Notes: generated by a model not told the origin, from the letters alone. A stretch of 64,000 nucleotides of DNA from Octopus sinensis (GCF_006345805.1 NC_042999.1:162254001-162318000), one strand, 5' to 3'. Shown: positions 46,142 through 59,364, counted from the first letter of the stretch. A program made the numbers and translations.

Positions 46142-49100
46142 TGTGTATGAGCCCGGGGTTAGATAAGACTTCCTCCCAGTTGATCGTTTTCATCGGGTAA
46201 GGCTTAGCTTTTTTGGATGAGCAAAGACTAAGCTTAACGGTAGCTGATACAATTCTGTGGTCAGAGCCGACAGAACTAAAGGATCTCGAGTTTTTAACAC
46301 TATTGCACCATTTCTTTCAAAAGATGAGGTAGTCAATTTGTGCCCTGCTATGCCAGACTTCGCCATGATGGACCGTGAAGTCTGGCTTAGCATGGTAAAT
46401 TCCATTGTCTCGACCACGGTCGAACAATGATGATGATGATGATGTATGAGCCCGGCTGTGTTGTAGGGAAGGACTGGAAGTGGGGAGTATGCAGGTCCTG
46501 TCAGAAGTGGGGCCTGTGGGTTCCACTAAAAGGGCTGCAATGGGCATGCAGAGTCAGTGAGGTGCAATCAGTCAGTTGGTGGTGGACAGCGTATGAGAGC
46601 AGACCTGCTTGATGGTTCGGCAGCAGACAGAGCATGTGGACATTGTGAATGACCTTTCCAGATCAACAGGTAAGACTACCGCAATTCTCCTTCTGCTTCT
46701 GTCTTTTCCTTCTTCACATCACAAGCTATTTCGGCTCAAAAAAAAAAAATGATGGGTATGGTCCATGTTTCACATGAGATGGTTCGGCCATTATGTGGCA
46801 AGGGAGACACTTGGTTGAAAAAAATTAAGTTGGTGGCAAAATTCCACAGCATAGATGACCTAATGAGTTTCATACCATTATACCTCAATGGATTGGTGTT
46901 GGCCCTTTGCCTGGAAATGGAAGAGAAGGACCAGTTAAGTGCAGAAAAAAATAGAAGTCTCGCTGATGGAGGCTTTTACAGAAGGGCCATTTATGGCATA
47001 TGGCCGACTGGGGAAAGTGAAGTGGATGGGTGAACAGGTCAATGTGTTTCCTGACGAAATCGGGAGATTGACCAGACTTGCAGGATACCAAGATGAAGCA
47101 TTGGAACAAACAGTTAAATTAGCATTTATAACAGGATTTCCTGACCATGTGTCAGTCAAACTGCAAAAGCTACTGAATATTCACTCCATTGCGATGAGCG
47201 AGGTAATATCTGGGGCCAGAGTCCTCGCCTTGTGTTGCAGGACAACACCTTTAGCAGTGACTCAACACAAAGAGTGGTGGAGAGGGGTCGAACAAGGAAT
47301 GTGTGCAACCCTTCAAAGGGCAGTGTTTTCGGTGTCAGGGTTCACACATGGTGAGAGACTGCAAGGAACCCAGGCCTGGAGTAATTTGCTATCGATGCAG
47401 ACAAATAGGCCACAGCATTAGTGAATGTGTTTAGGGAAACAGTCTAAGGAAGACTACTGCACTGGTAGTCGTCCTGCCGAAAGAATAGAGGTGTGTATAC
47501 GGTTGTTGCCAGTAGTGGAACGGAATGGTGTCATGAGCCCTCATAGACATGGGCTGCTCAACAGCCTTAATGACTCCAGAAGTGGTTGAAGGATGGAGTG
47601 GAGTGAGTAGTGTAAGGGCTGTTGATGGTACAAAAGTTGAATGCAGAGGAAGTAGCGATGTAGAGATGGTGGTACAAAGAATGAGATTGAGGTTGTGTGT
47701 GATCGTGATCAACCGCATGGTGGACAGAATGAATGTGGTGATGGGGATGGATGCCATTGTCCCTTTTAGGACGTGTCACGATCAATGAAGCCAGTGTAAC
47801 GTTTGGTGATGCAGGAGCAGTATGGGCCATGAGTGCACGACAGGAGAGTGGTGAGAGCTGCAAAGAAAAATATGCTGCACACACCATTACAGACAAGGAT
47901 CTTCGAGCTGTGTTCGATGGCTGTCAGTGGACAGTGGAATGGTACTGGAAGGGAGATCCTCCAATGTTGAAAAATGCAGTAGGGGGGATGCCAGAAGTGA
48001 ATTTGAGGGAGAGGTGGAATGGGGATCAAGGAAGGCATTCTGATCCCTTGAAAGGAGGAAGTGGAGAGTGGAGTGCTACCTCTGATGGCAGTGGTGCAAC
48101 TGATGAAGCATAAAGCCAGGTCAGTATTAGATTTCCGAGAGCTGAACAACCATGTATTGTGCCATACGGGCGGCGAAGCTATGGACATTTGCAGCAAAAC
48201 CATGAGAGAGTGGAATCGTCAATTTGAAGTCGGCATACCTGCAGCTGCATGTGGCTGAGAGACTGGAAATATCAGCTAGTAAGGTACAAGGTTTGGACAT
48301 ACTGCCTGACCAGGTTGGGATTTGGGCTGAATTTAGCACCAACGATTATGGCGACAATTCTCAAAACCATCCTGGGAAAGGCAGACAAAGTGAATAGTGC
48401 CACCAATTCCTATATTGATGACATCCTGGTGGATGCGAGCATAGTGTCGGCAAAGGAGGTCATAAGCCACCTGAAGAGTTTTGGGCAAACTGACAAACAC
48501 CAGAGGTGATGGAAGGAGGAGCAACACTGGTACTCAAGCTATGGAGAGACAAGGCTGGTGTGTTGGTGTTGCGGAGAGAGTATGAGATCCCAGAACTGGG
48601 CTCCAAGACGAGTAGGCGGGAACTGTTTTCTGTGTGTGGGAAGCTGCTGGGACACTACCCGATTGCAGGATGGCTCTGCATGCAGCTTCATCAAGAGGTG
48701 AGCTGAAAGAGTGAGGTGGAGTGACAATGTGGGCAAGAAGACAACTGCCACAATGCAAGAAGCCTTGGAGAGAGTGACTGCGGAGGACTCAATAAGAGGA
48801 AACTGGTATGTGCTCAGATTGAAGAATGGGATCGTCTGGTGTGATGCTAGCAGCATAGCAACAGGAGTTGTCCTAGAAATTGGAGGTGTCGTGGTGGAGC
48901 ATGTGGCCTGGCTCAGGAAGAAGGACGAATGCAACCACATCAACGTGGTGGAGCTGGATGCTGTGTTGAAGGGACTGAACCTGGCCATGAGGTGGGGGCT
49001 GTGTACCATTGAGATCTGGACCAATTCGGCCACTGTACTTAGATGAGGGGATCAGTGGTCACCGGCGAGTGGAGGGTGTGAACTAAAGGGGACACAGAGA

Positions 49101-50429
49101 TGCTGATAAGATGCCATTTGGGAATTCTAGGTGAGCTAGCTGCTGAATTTGACCTGAGGCTGATTCTGGTTTTTGTGCCCTCTGAGAAGAATAGAGTGGA
49201 CGTCCTGACCAGAGTAAAGAAAGCCTGGTTGCAGGTGCCAGAGGATCTGAAGCAGGGAGTAGCTGCAGTGTGTTAACTGAGTGACTTGGAGCTGAGGAGA
49301 CTGCATACCAGTGGAACACAACTGGAAATGACTGGCAGTGGACATGACACACTACCAGCAGAGGACATACCTCTCGATGGTCGACTGCGGACCAGGGCGG
49401 TTGGTCATATGGAGGGAGATGAAGATGGGGATTGCAGAGGAAATCACAAGAATACTAAATGAGATATTTCTAGAATGAAGCCCTGTGGATGAGCTGCTTG
49501 TGGACAACAGCACTGAATTTCACTTGGAGGTGCTGAGGGAAATGCTTAACAAGTGGCATGTTAGCCAGTTCTTCAGGGCAGCATACCGGCCAAGTGGCAA
49601 TGGGGTTGTGGAGAGGCATCATCCCACCATCAAGACCATAGCAGAGAAGGGCCACATCTCACTGTTTTTGGGTATAATATGTCACCCAGGTGGGGACAGG
49701 CTGAGGAGTCAGTGTCACACAGGGCAATATTCAAATATGAGTGGAGGCATCCATATACTACATTGCCACAACCCACAGAAGAGAAAGAGCATGCCTTTGT
49801 GCAGGTCAAGGAAGAAGTCTGGGTTAAACTCCCAAATGCGCAGTGCACATCACAATGGGAAAAGGGGACAATAACATCTGTAAATTTGGGGATCGATGTG
49901 TCCATAGATGGCATGCCACATCATGTTTTGGATGTTCACAGGATCATCAATGCGATGGAAGATGGAACCAACAGTAAAGGCGCTACATGCTAGGAACTGA
50001 GGCCAGTCCTGAAGTCCCACGGCAGTCACAGAGGGAGCGGCGCCCTCCTCACTGGTTGGCTGATTATGAGACAAGTTAAGGTGTGTGGTGAGGGTTGAGG
50101 AGGTGTGGACTGGTTGGTTGAGTGATCTTCAGATCAAGGGGCTTGTGGTGTTGAGCCAGGTTGTGTTGTAGGAAAGAACTGGAAGTGATGGAGTACGCAT
50201 GTTCTGTCGGAAGTGGGGCCTTTGGGTCCCACTGGAGGGGCCGCCGTGGGCATGCAGGGTTGGTGAGGCACGAGCAATCAGTTGGCAGTAGACAGTATAT
50301 GAGATCGGACCTGCTAGACGGTACAGTTGCAGACAGAGCATGTGGACATTGTGAGTGACCCTTCCAGATCGACAGGTAAAACTACTGCAATTCTCTCTCT
50401 GCTTCCATCTTTTCCTCCTTCGCATCACA
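46142..50429 (+). mobile_element. Complete but decayed LTR retrotransposon (Ty3/Gypsy order gag-PR-RT-RH-IN)
   Basis: LTRs 46142-46723 (with a nested insert) and 50144-50429, TG...CA ends, 5-bp TSD AATAT, purine tract AAGGGG before the 3' LTR. Zinc knuckles CFRCQGSHMVRDC and CYRCRQIGHSISEC, PR ALIDMG, RT VLDFRELN..LGFGL..YIDD, RH CDASS..HINVVELDAV, IN VDMTH..VDNST..VERHH. Confidence 0.92.
46157..46442 (+). mobile_element. RTE-B insertion with a 5' inversion, inside the 5' LTR
   Basis: 13-bp TSD TGTATGAGCCCGG at 46144-46156 and 46443-46455. The 3' part matches 40763-40824 plus a (TGA)n tail. The 5' 205 nt read as RTE endonuclease on the minus strand (RAQIDYLIF..SDHRIV). Confidence 0.88.
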
Positions 50430-50913
50430 AATATATTAGTAATATTTTAATTATATTAAATATAATAATTAATACATGATTGAAATACATAACAGAATGG
50501 CTTGACGTGGGTTTGAACTAGAGACCTATTTTGCTTGTAGTCCAATATTATATCAATTTAACAACTTCATACTTTCTATTGTGTGGAAAAACATTACAGT
50601 ATACCTTAAGAAATACTACTACAGTTGTATAAGGTTAGAGACAAAAGGATAGAATAGTAGCAGGTACCAAATTTTTTCAACACCAATATACCAATAGATT
50701 CTGTAGAAATCTACCCTGAAGCATTATACTTCATTCATTGTATGAGATTACAATGGTCACTGCATCAGATTTTTTACATTTTAAATGGAATTTGAAGAGA
50801 ATAATAGACTCATCCTATGCACTGATGAGCCTTGGTACTCCAGACTTGTATAAAGAAGAGAAAAAGAATATTGTGCATGGAAAGGGAAAAAATATAAGCA
50901 AAAAGCACCAACA

Positions 50914-51328
50914 GGCGCAGGAGTGGCTGTGTGGTAAGTAGCTTGCTAACCAACCACATGGTTCCGGGTTCAGTCCCACTGCGTGGCATCTTGGGCAAGT
51001 GTCTTCTGCTATAGCCCCGGGCCGACCAATGCCTTGTGAGTGGATTTGGTAGACGGAAACTGAAAGAAGCCTGTCGTATATATGTATATATATATAAGTG
51101 TGTGTGTATATGTTTGTGTGTCTGTGTTTGTCCCCCTAGCATTGCTTGACAACTGATGCTGGTGTGTTTGCGTCCCCGTCACTTAGCGGTTCGGCAAAAG
51201 AGACCGATAGAATAAGTACTGGGCTTACAAAGAATAAGTCCCGGGGTCGATTTGCTCGACTAAAGGCGGTGCTCCAGCATGGCCGCAGTCAAATGACTGA
51301 AACAAGTAAAAGAGTAAAAGAGTAAAGA
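50914..51328 (+). mobile_element. SINE family A, young full-length copy
   Basis: Intact head and (AAAAGAGT)n tail. Confidence 0.93.
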
Positions 51329-51418
51329 GAACATAATTTTTTTTAGAAATATTACTTCTAAGTTTTTGATTCAATTTAGCTTATTTACTTACATATTGTT
51401 TTGCTACAATTATTAATT

Positions 51419-51622
51419 TATTCTGTTGTGTCTGGGGAGAGTCATTTTCTTTTTATGCCCTACAATGTAACACACTCACTGGTAAAATTTCCACTTATTT
51501 CTTATTTTTATTTTCCTAAAATTTCAGGAAAATAAAAATAAGAAATAAGTGGAAATTTTATTGGTGAGTGTGTTACACTATAAGGCACTAAAAGAGAATG
51601 ACTCTCCACAGACAACAGAATA
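51419..51622. repeat. Near-perfect palindrome of about 200 bp (hairpin MITE-like)
   Basis: Arms TATTCTGTTG...ATTTTCCT and AGGAAAAT...CAACAGAATA around an 8-nt centre (51518-51525), with TA at both ends. Confidence 0.92.
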
Positions 51623-53012
51623 TGCTTCAACACACGAACTCATATAAAGAATCTTGCAAACCAAATCCAAAAACGAAATATTAATTTATTAATTAGAAAT
51701 AAACCACCTTTTTTTCACAACAGATGGAGTATATAGCCATTTGACAAAAATACTATTAGTTATGTGAATTACCTCACTGTCACAAATCTAAATGTTTTAT
51801 TATATGTAGTTGAGTGCCTTTCTACGTTGTTTCCACTTGCAGCTGTTGTTCTTCTTTATTATCTTAATATCATTTTAAGAAGAACAGTGGAATGACAGAA
51901 ACAATAGGCACTAGACAATATTAAGTTACATCCATTTACAGTCTACTTAATTTTTTTCTGTCAGTATATGAAATCATTATTAATTAGTTTGTATTATATG
52001 CTATTATTAACTGAAGTTCACTTTCTTCTGATTATCTATAGGCTATAAGGTGTACTGCCTTTACAAGGAAATGCACTGTAACTGAATAACCTTCTAAGAT
52101 TCCAGACTGGAAAACTGGATTTTGTACTAAACACTAGCACTAAATGCCCAGACATGTCAAGTAACAAGTATGTCAACTCTTATTTCACAATTCTGTAAGA
52201 TTTCAGACAAGCTTGCCTTAGTTTGCCGAGTTGTCAGAGGGAATACATATCAGATGTGAAAATTTTATTTGCGGTACACTAGAGATTTGGTTTCCATTTA
52301 CTTAATTCTTACACAAACAGGTATTAAGCCAGATTTCTCACACACCCTAGACTATTGTGGTATGTGAAAGGATTAACTGTAGGGTGTGGTCTCCATTCAA
52401 AGAAAAATCTTATATTTTCTTCCATATTTCTAAATGCTTTTATGCCCTCTACTTTTTATTTTTATGTATTTTCCAATAAAGAAGGAGCCAACCAGTAACT
52501 CACTGACTAGACTCCCCCAAAGGAATTGAGACAAAAACAAGTAAATAGAGCCATATGCTGAACTTTGGACAAGTCTAGAATATTTTTAGCATTCCATATG
52601 TATAGTTTATGCAGGAAAAAGTGGGAGGGGGGGCAATTTATTTGCTGTTATGTTAAATGTTTTGAGAGGGAGATGTAAGGAAAGAATGGCAAAACATCTG
52701 GAGAAACGGAGAAGAGGAAACCTAAATGACAGAATTAAATATATGTGGTAATCTAAAGGTTGAAAGAGCTAAAAGAACTGGTTCAGAGATGGAGGAAGGA
52801 AGTGAAGGGGTGGACACTGGGTTGCATGTGTCATGTGACACTACTGGAAAGCTATTCTAAACATCCATCATCAGAAATTTTCTGTTTTAGGGATAGGTTG
52901 AATTTATTTGTCTTAGCACTCAACATGTTTGTTTCTTCCTCTGGCTATCCATTCCATACTGTGATAGACTTTATTTAGGTCGGATTTCTTTCTATTCTAT
53001 ATCTCTTTCTCT

Positions 53013-53403
53013 TTCTCTTTTACTTGTTTCAGTCATTTGACTGCGGCCATACTGAAGCACCACCTTTTTAGTCGAGCAAATCGACCCCAGGACTTATTTT
53101 TTGTAAGCCTAGTACTTATCCTATCAGTCTCTTTTTGCCGAACCGCTAAGTAACGGGGATGTAAACACACCAGCATCGGTTGTCAAGCGATGTTGATGAG
53201 ACAAACACAGACACACAAACACACACATATATATATATATACGACGGGCTTCTTTTCAGTTTCCGTCTACCAAATCCACTCACAAGGCTTTGGTTGGCCT
53301 GAGGCTATAGCAGAAGACACTTGCCCAAGATGCCACGCAGTGGGACTGAACCCGGAACTGTGTGGTTGGTAAGCAAGCTACTTACCACACAGCCACTCCT
53401 GCG
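53013..53403 (-). mobile_element. SINE family A
   Basis: Homology to the other family A copies. Confidence 0.92.
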
Positions 53404-54639
53404 TCTATATGCAGCTATATTTTAATAAATATCCTGTAGAAGTAAACTGAAGAATGAAGGAAAGTGTCCAACCCCATAAAATATATAATTCTTGTGTGAT
53501 GTATATCAGTCCTCTAAATTATTCCTTTTTGTATCCAGTTCCCTAAAATCTCCACCCCTGTGGTCAGTAAACTAGTAATTTAAACTCTTCAAATATGTAG
53601 ACAATAAACCAAACCTTTATGACCAATAAATCGTTTAAACTCTTCAGTTCTGTGTGGTTTATGGTCTAATATGTTAATTCTTTGACTTGTATAGATAACT
53701 ACATAAAGTTAAAATACATGCAATCAGTTCTGTTCACAGTTTACTTATGGAGTAATCATTATATAAAAGAAACAGCTTAATCAAGAGACTACTACATTGT
53801 AGCTAATCATAAATAGGTTCCACAGAATAGGGAAAATGGACTCTGCCAAACCAATTTGCTATATATACTGCAACCATGAAAAAAATATATATTTTGGTGA
53901 TACCCCTAAAACCCCGTGTGTTATGGAACACACTGGTCACTCTATTATGAACTCTGCAAGAGAGTTGTTAAAAACAGTACATTTAATACAGTCACATAGT
54001 TATGCAACACAATTTCAGTTCTGACTCAATAGAAAATGCTGTTTTATTCTTAGAGAATAAAATGTTTAAGACTTTATAAGCATAGGTCAAATATACATTG
54101 TGACAACTAAAAATCTAAGAAATAGGTTTTAGATTTTAAATGAGTTAGTAAAAAAATAAGATCTTTCTGTTGGTTGGTTGTCAGCTATTAGTATTTGTGT
54201 GGTTATCTCCATACCAATAAACCTGGTCAAGCAGAGCTGACCAAAAAGACTACTCAATAACTTCAAGAGGATCATATCACAACTAATGTATCAGAAACTC
54301 TAGAATTACTTGTGTTTACAATCTCTATAGACCCTCCAAAATACTTTCCACCACCATGAAGAATAAGAACAACATAACAATAACAAGCCATTATAAAAGC
54401 TTTTATGCAGTTGCATTGCAGCTAGAAAAAGCAGCCAAGTCTTCATTAAATCATGTCTTACAGTATTAAAAAAGCAGAAGAATATATTAGATAATTTAGT
54501 CCTATATGTAAAGCAAAAATGAGCTTCAAGTATTAATATCAAGAAGAACAGTAACAATAAGAAAATTTAAAACAAAATAATCTTGCCAAGGAATAAACCC
54601 ATATATAGTTTTCGCAATTTAAAGTAGATGAAGGATAAT

Positions 54640-55338
54640 TTCACAAAAGAAATGAAGCTAGCATGATCCGCTGGATGTGTAATGTCAGTGTGCACACACG
54701 ACAGAGTGTAAACACCCTGAGAGAAATATTGGACATAAGAAGCATAGGATGTGGCATGCAAGAGAGATGTTTGCCTTGGTATGGTCACGTACTATGGATG
54801 AGGAGAGATGTGTGAAGAAGTGCCACTCCCAAACAGTTGAAGGAATCCAGGGTAGAGGTAGATCTAGGAAGACATGGCATGAGGTAGTGAAGCATGACCT
54901 TCGAACATTGGGCTCACAGAGGCAATGACGAAAGACCGAGACCTCTGGAGATATTCTGTGACTGCGAAGACCCAGCAAATAAAGTGAGTTCACAGCTGTA
55001 TCCTACACTAATTTCGCATAACCAGCCCAAGCTCATTCAAAAGTACCTTGGATCGTAGGGTGACCTGCTGTGCTTGAGGAGACCTATTGAGTCAAGTACA
55101 TCAGCATCAAAATGAAAATCAAATGGAAATTGTAGTTGTGATACCCATGCTGGTGGCACCTAAAATGCACCCATTAAACTCACAGAGTAGTTGGCGTTAG
55201 GAAGGGCATCAAGCTGTAGAAACACTGCCAGATCAGACTGGAACCTGGTGCAGCTTCCTGGCTTCCTAGACCCCAGTCAAACTGTCCAACCTATGCTAGC
55301 ATGGAAAACGGACATTAAATCATGATGATGGTGATGAT
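54640..55338 (+). mobile_element. RTE-A LINE 3' end (C-terminal coding, 3' UTR and tail)
   Basis: RNEASMIRWMCNVS..WYGHVL..GRGRSRKTW..DRDLWR runs directly into the GAT-tailed repeat. Confidence 0.9.
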
Positions 55339-55400
55339 GTATGTATATATGTACATATATGTATGTACATGTATATATGTATATATATATATATATATAT

Positions 55401-55712
55401 TGGTAAAAACGGTAAGATAACAAAAGAAAGAAAGAGACCTCAATATTATGTAAATAGAGGAAATTATCTGTAAAATATGTGACAATTATACAATAGCCAA
55501 GATAAAATTCTGAGTTTTGGATGCCGAGGTGGAAATCCATAACACCATCTCTTTGGTTATCTGGCCATCTGAAAAACCTTTTTCATAGAATAATCTATGT
55601 AATAGGCGTCCATATTAAATTCTTCTGTGTGTTAGAGTCCTCAATCGATGTTTGGCGATTATCCAAAAAAGCCGTATTAGCTCTTCGTGAAGAATAGCGT
55701 CGTTCAGGAGGT
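55401..55712 (-). repeat. Element of about 310 bp inside a (TA)n tract, with a hammerhead-like relic (possible PLE terminal repeat)
   Basis: (TA)n on both sides. Minus strand 55562-55500 reads AGAUAA-CCAAAGA-GAUG...CAUC-C-AAAAC-UCAGA-AUU-UUAUCU. Confidence 0.45.
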
Positions 55713-56986
55713 AATTTATATATATATATATATAAGGAGAGAGAGAGGCAATAGGAAATTAACTTACTCCTAATTTAATTAAACAATGACTTTGAAACAC
55801 AATGATCCACTTCTCATTGTTAATTATTGCTCCATTTCTTATCATCTAAACCACGGTTTTACCTTTAAATTAATTACTACCATATACCTTTTAACAAGGA
55901 CTATACATACTAAGGTAATACACCAGGAGTGCCTACAGATACATCTATCCCTTAGACATTTGCATAACCTGTAACTTATATCTCACCAAACGTTTCATTG
56001 ATATCGTGAGCAGTTTCAGCTGCTTTACGTTTGAAGGTGAATAGCAAAATTGCTCAAATATCACACTTTGACAATTCCATTTCAGATGATTGTAACAACA
56101 GTGAAAAAATATCGATGTTAATTTATTAATGCCTTTTGTTAATTTATTGATGCATCAGACAATTGCAAAAAATGTTTAAAAAAATTCAAAACTCTGCAAA
56201 AATCTTGTACAAATTCTTCATAGTTCAAAATGTTGCTTACTTTTTACTCGACCTGATACATATACTATTGAATTGCTTGCTAATACTTGCTGTGGAAGAG
56301 TGTAAGAAACAGTTATATGTCTATACCAAGACATCTAAGTGGAAATTACATATGCACTCATAGGATCAATATAGTCATGATAACAGTATAAAAAGTGGAT
56401 TTTTTTATTTAGGCTCAATGCCAGTACCATCATAAAATAACTAAATAATATATTTAGTAATTGATGGCTCTGGTCTGTTGCCATAAGATGTTTATGTTGC
56501 ACCATACTATGCATACAGCAATTTACATGTATCTGATAAATCAATTATTCATATTTCTTCTGCCTCAATATTTTTGAACTGTGAATTCCCAGTTTGTGGG
56601 TGAATACAAAGGATAAAGTTAACAAGCTTATCAACTGCAGGGTTAGCAAACTGCACCTTTTCACTAGTTTTACACTGAAACCTTGTTATATTTACTTAAT
56701 TCACAATGGGAAAGGGATTTTGTAAAAGTATTAATTTTACTAATTCTAATTTAACTGAGACGTAATAGTAGAGAGGCTTTGGTATTCTCCCTCCTTTAGC
56801 ACATGGTCACCTTACTGCTGTTTTGCTTTGTTATTGGATAAGTCGCATAATTTCTCTTGCTCTAGTCTACCAAGATAGCAAACAGGTTCCACAACTACTT
56901 TAATGAATAGTTAGCAGTAAAAATGACATCTGCATGCAAAACAATGTTGTCAGCATAATGCAAAACCTACAAATTTGTATACATCA

Positions 56987-57370
56987 GGTGCAGGAGTGGC
57001 TGTGTGGTAAGTAGCTTGTTTACCAACCACATGGTTCCGGGTTCAGTCCCACTGCGTGGCACCTTGGGCAAGTGTCTTCTACTATAGCCTCGGGCCGACC
57101 AAAGCCTTGTGAGTGGATTTGGTAGACGGAAACTGAAAGAAGCCCGTCGTATATATATATATGTGTGTGTGTGTCTGTGTTTGTCCCCCTAGCATTGCTT
57201 GACAACCGATGCTGGTGTGTTTATGTCCCCGTTACTTAGCGGTTCGGCAAAAGAGACCGATAGAATAAGTACTGGGCTTACAAAAGAATAAGTCCCAGGG
57301 TCGAGTTGCTCGATTAAAGGCGGTGCTCCAGCATGGCCGCAGTCAAATGACTGAAACAAGTAAAAGAGTA
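56987..57370 (+). mobile_element. SINE family A
   Basis: Homology to the other family A copies. Confidence 0.92.
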
Positions 57371-57756
57371 TCAATTTCTATACTTGCTGCAATTGACAAA
57401 AAAGGATTGATGTGAAACTGCATGCTCTCTTTCTTAATTAATCCATTTTTTGCTCATCTAATAGATGCATATACATATATATACACGTAGGTGCATACAG
57501 ACAGACAGCATCAACTTCTCCTTATTTCCAAGTATGTCTTTAAAGTTTCTCATGTGTGCCATGCCTCTAATGGCTGGCAAGGCCAATTTTTGAGTGAAAT
57601 AACTGTCCATTGAGGCCACATCTAATGGTCAATCTTGGAGTTTGAAGATCTTTCATCATAGCTGTTTATCCTCTTCAATTAGTATAGAATAATTGTTCGG
57701 TCATCTCCTGTGTGTTGCCCCCAGCCAAGTTCCTATACAATGTAGCTCCAAGAAGG

Positions 57757-58123
57757 CGCAATGGCCCAGTGGTTAGGGCAGCGGATTCGCGGTTTCGATT
57801 CCCAGACCGGGCGTTGTGAGTGTTTATTGAGCGAAAACACCTAAAGCTCCACGAGGCTCCGGCAGGGGATGGTGGTGATCCCTGCTGTACTCTTTCACCA
57901 CAACTTTCTCTCACTCTTACTTCCTGTTTCTGTTGTACCTGTATTTCAAAGGGCCGGCCTTGTCACTCTCTGTGTCACACTGAATATCCCCAAGAACTAC
58001 GTTAAGGGTACACGTGTCTGTGGAGTGCTCAGCCACTTACACGTTAATTTCACGAGCAGGCTGTTCCGTTGATTCGGATCAACCGGAACCCTCGTCGTCG
58101 TAACCGACGGAGTGCTTCCATCC
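57757..58123 (+). mobile_element. SINE family B with a deletion in the tRNA head
   Basis: 13-bp TSD AGCTCCAAGAAGG at 57744-57756 and 58124-58136. Confidence 0.92.
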
Positions 58124-58135
58124 AGCTCCAAGAAG

Positions 58136-58580
58136 GATGTTGAGAACAATTTGAGCTGCCCATGTCACTTTTGGAAAATTCTGTCATATTTTCAGGAACC
58201 AAGAACTCGAAGCTATGAACCAAACTTGTGGTGAACCAGATTGTGGCTATTTCCACCTTAGTCAACAATTGCTGGACATGTACTTTGTATTGTCAGGACA
58301 TCCCAAAATTGAAATGACTTCATCTACAGAAATATTTCATTGTGAATATCAAATGGGATGATTGTGTCAACAATCTTGCAGTTTTTGAATAGGTCAAAGC
58401 CAACAGTATTGAGGTTGTCATCAAATATCACTTCAATTGGGTTGGTCATATCCACCACATAAATAGTGGCAGATTTCTAAGCCAAAGTCTCCACAGCATA
58501 TTCAGCAATGGCAAAGGATCATGCAGCTGCTCCTTGTAACACTACAAAGACCAAATAAAACAGATGATAAAAAGCACCAA
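58136..58580 (+). pseudogene. Old RTE (BovB-like) C-terminal fragment
   Basis: NIKWDD..VFE..ANSIE..FNWVGHIHHI..HYKDQIK resembles KWQD..VL..SIE..LRWAGHV..RYKD.LK. Confidence 0.6.
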
Positions 58581-59131
58581 CATCAGCTCTAAAACCTGAA
58601 ATACAGACACATACATGCACATACTACACTTTTTTATACTACCTTGTGTGTGTGTGTGTGTATGTACACACATACAAGGTGGCATCTAAAAGGTCCCAGA
58701 CTAGTTTTCTTTAATAAAAACTAGCTTATTTACCTAAGTTTTAATATCATCTCCTTCGAAATAGTCACTGGTCCTAGTGTTCCTGCCACTTTTGGAATCC
58801 AGCCTGGAAGTTGCTTTCTGTAAGTTAGTCAGGGACCTTCTGCAAGTCACTCTGGATCTTGACAATGGTGTTAAAATGGTGACCTTTGAGCATTTCCATC
58901 TTGGAGAAGAGATGGAAGTCCACAGGTGTTGAATCTGGTGGATAAGGCAGGTGCGGAATTAACACCATGTTGTCTTTGGCAAGAAACTCATGAATGAGAA
59001 GAGTTCAGTGACAGAGAGCATTGTCATTGTGAAGAATCAAATTCTTTGCACTCCACAGATCTGGTCACTTTTGCTGAATATCCTCCCTCAAACACTTCAA
59101 AACATAGCAGTAGGATTCTTGATTGATGGCA

Positions 59132-59364
59132 TGGCGGCGAGCTGGCAGAAACATTAGCACGCCGGGTGAAATGCTTAGTGGTATTTCGTCTGCCGCTACG
59201 TTCTGAGTTCAAATTCCACCAAGGTCGACTTTGCCTTTCATCCTTTCGGGGTCGATAAATTAAGTACCAGTTACGCACTGGGGTCGATGTAATCGACTTA
59301 ATACCTATGTCTGTCCTTGTTTGTCCCCTCTGTGTTTAGCCCCTTGTGGGTAGTAATGAAATAG
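59132..59364 (+). mobile_element. SINE family C
   Basis: Homology to 31265-31497. Confidence 0.9.

Noticed and set aside
1888-58072. Recurring near-identical small ORFs (MFIERKHLKL..., MSSNARGTN..., MVVIPAVLF...) suggesting a peptide gene family
   Set aside because: All lie inside SINE A or B copies and recur only because the SINE does.
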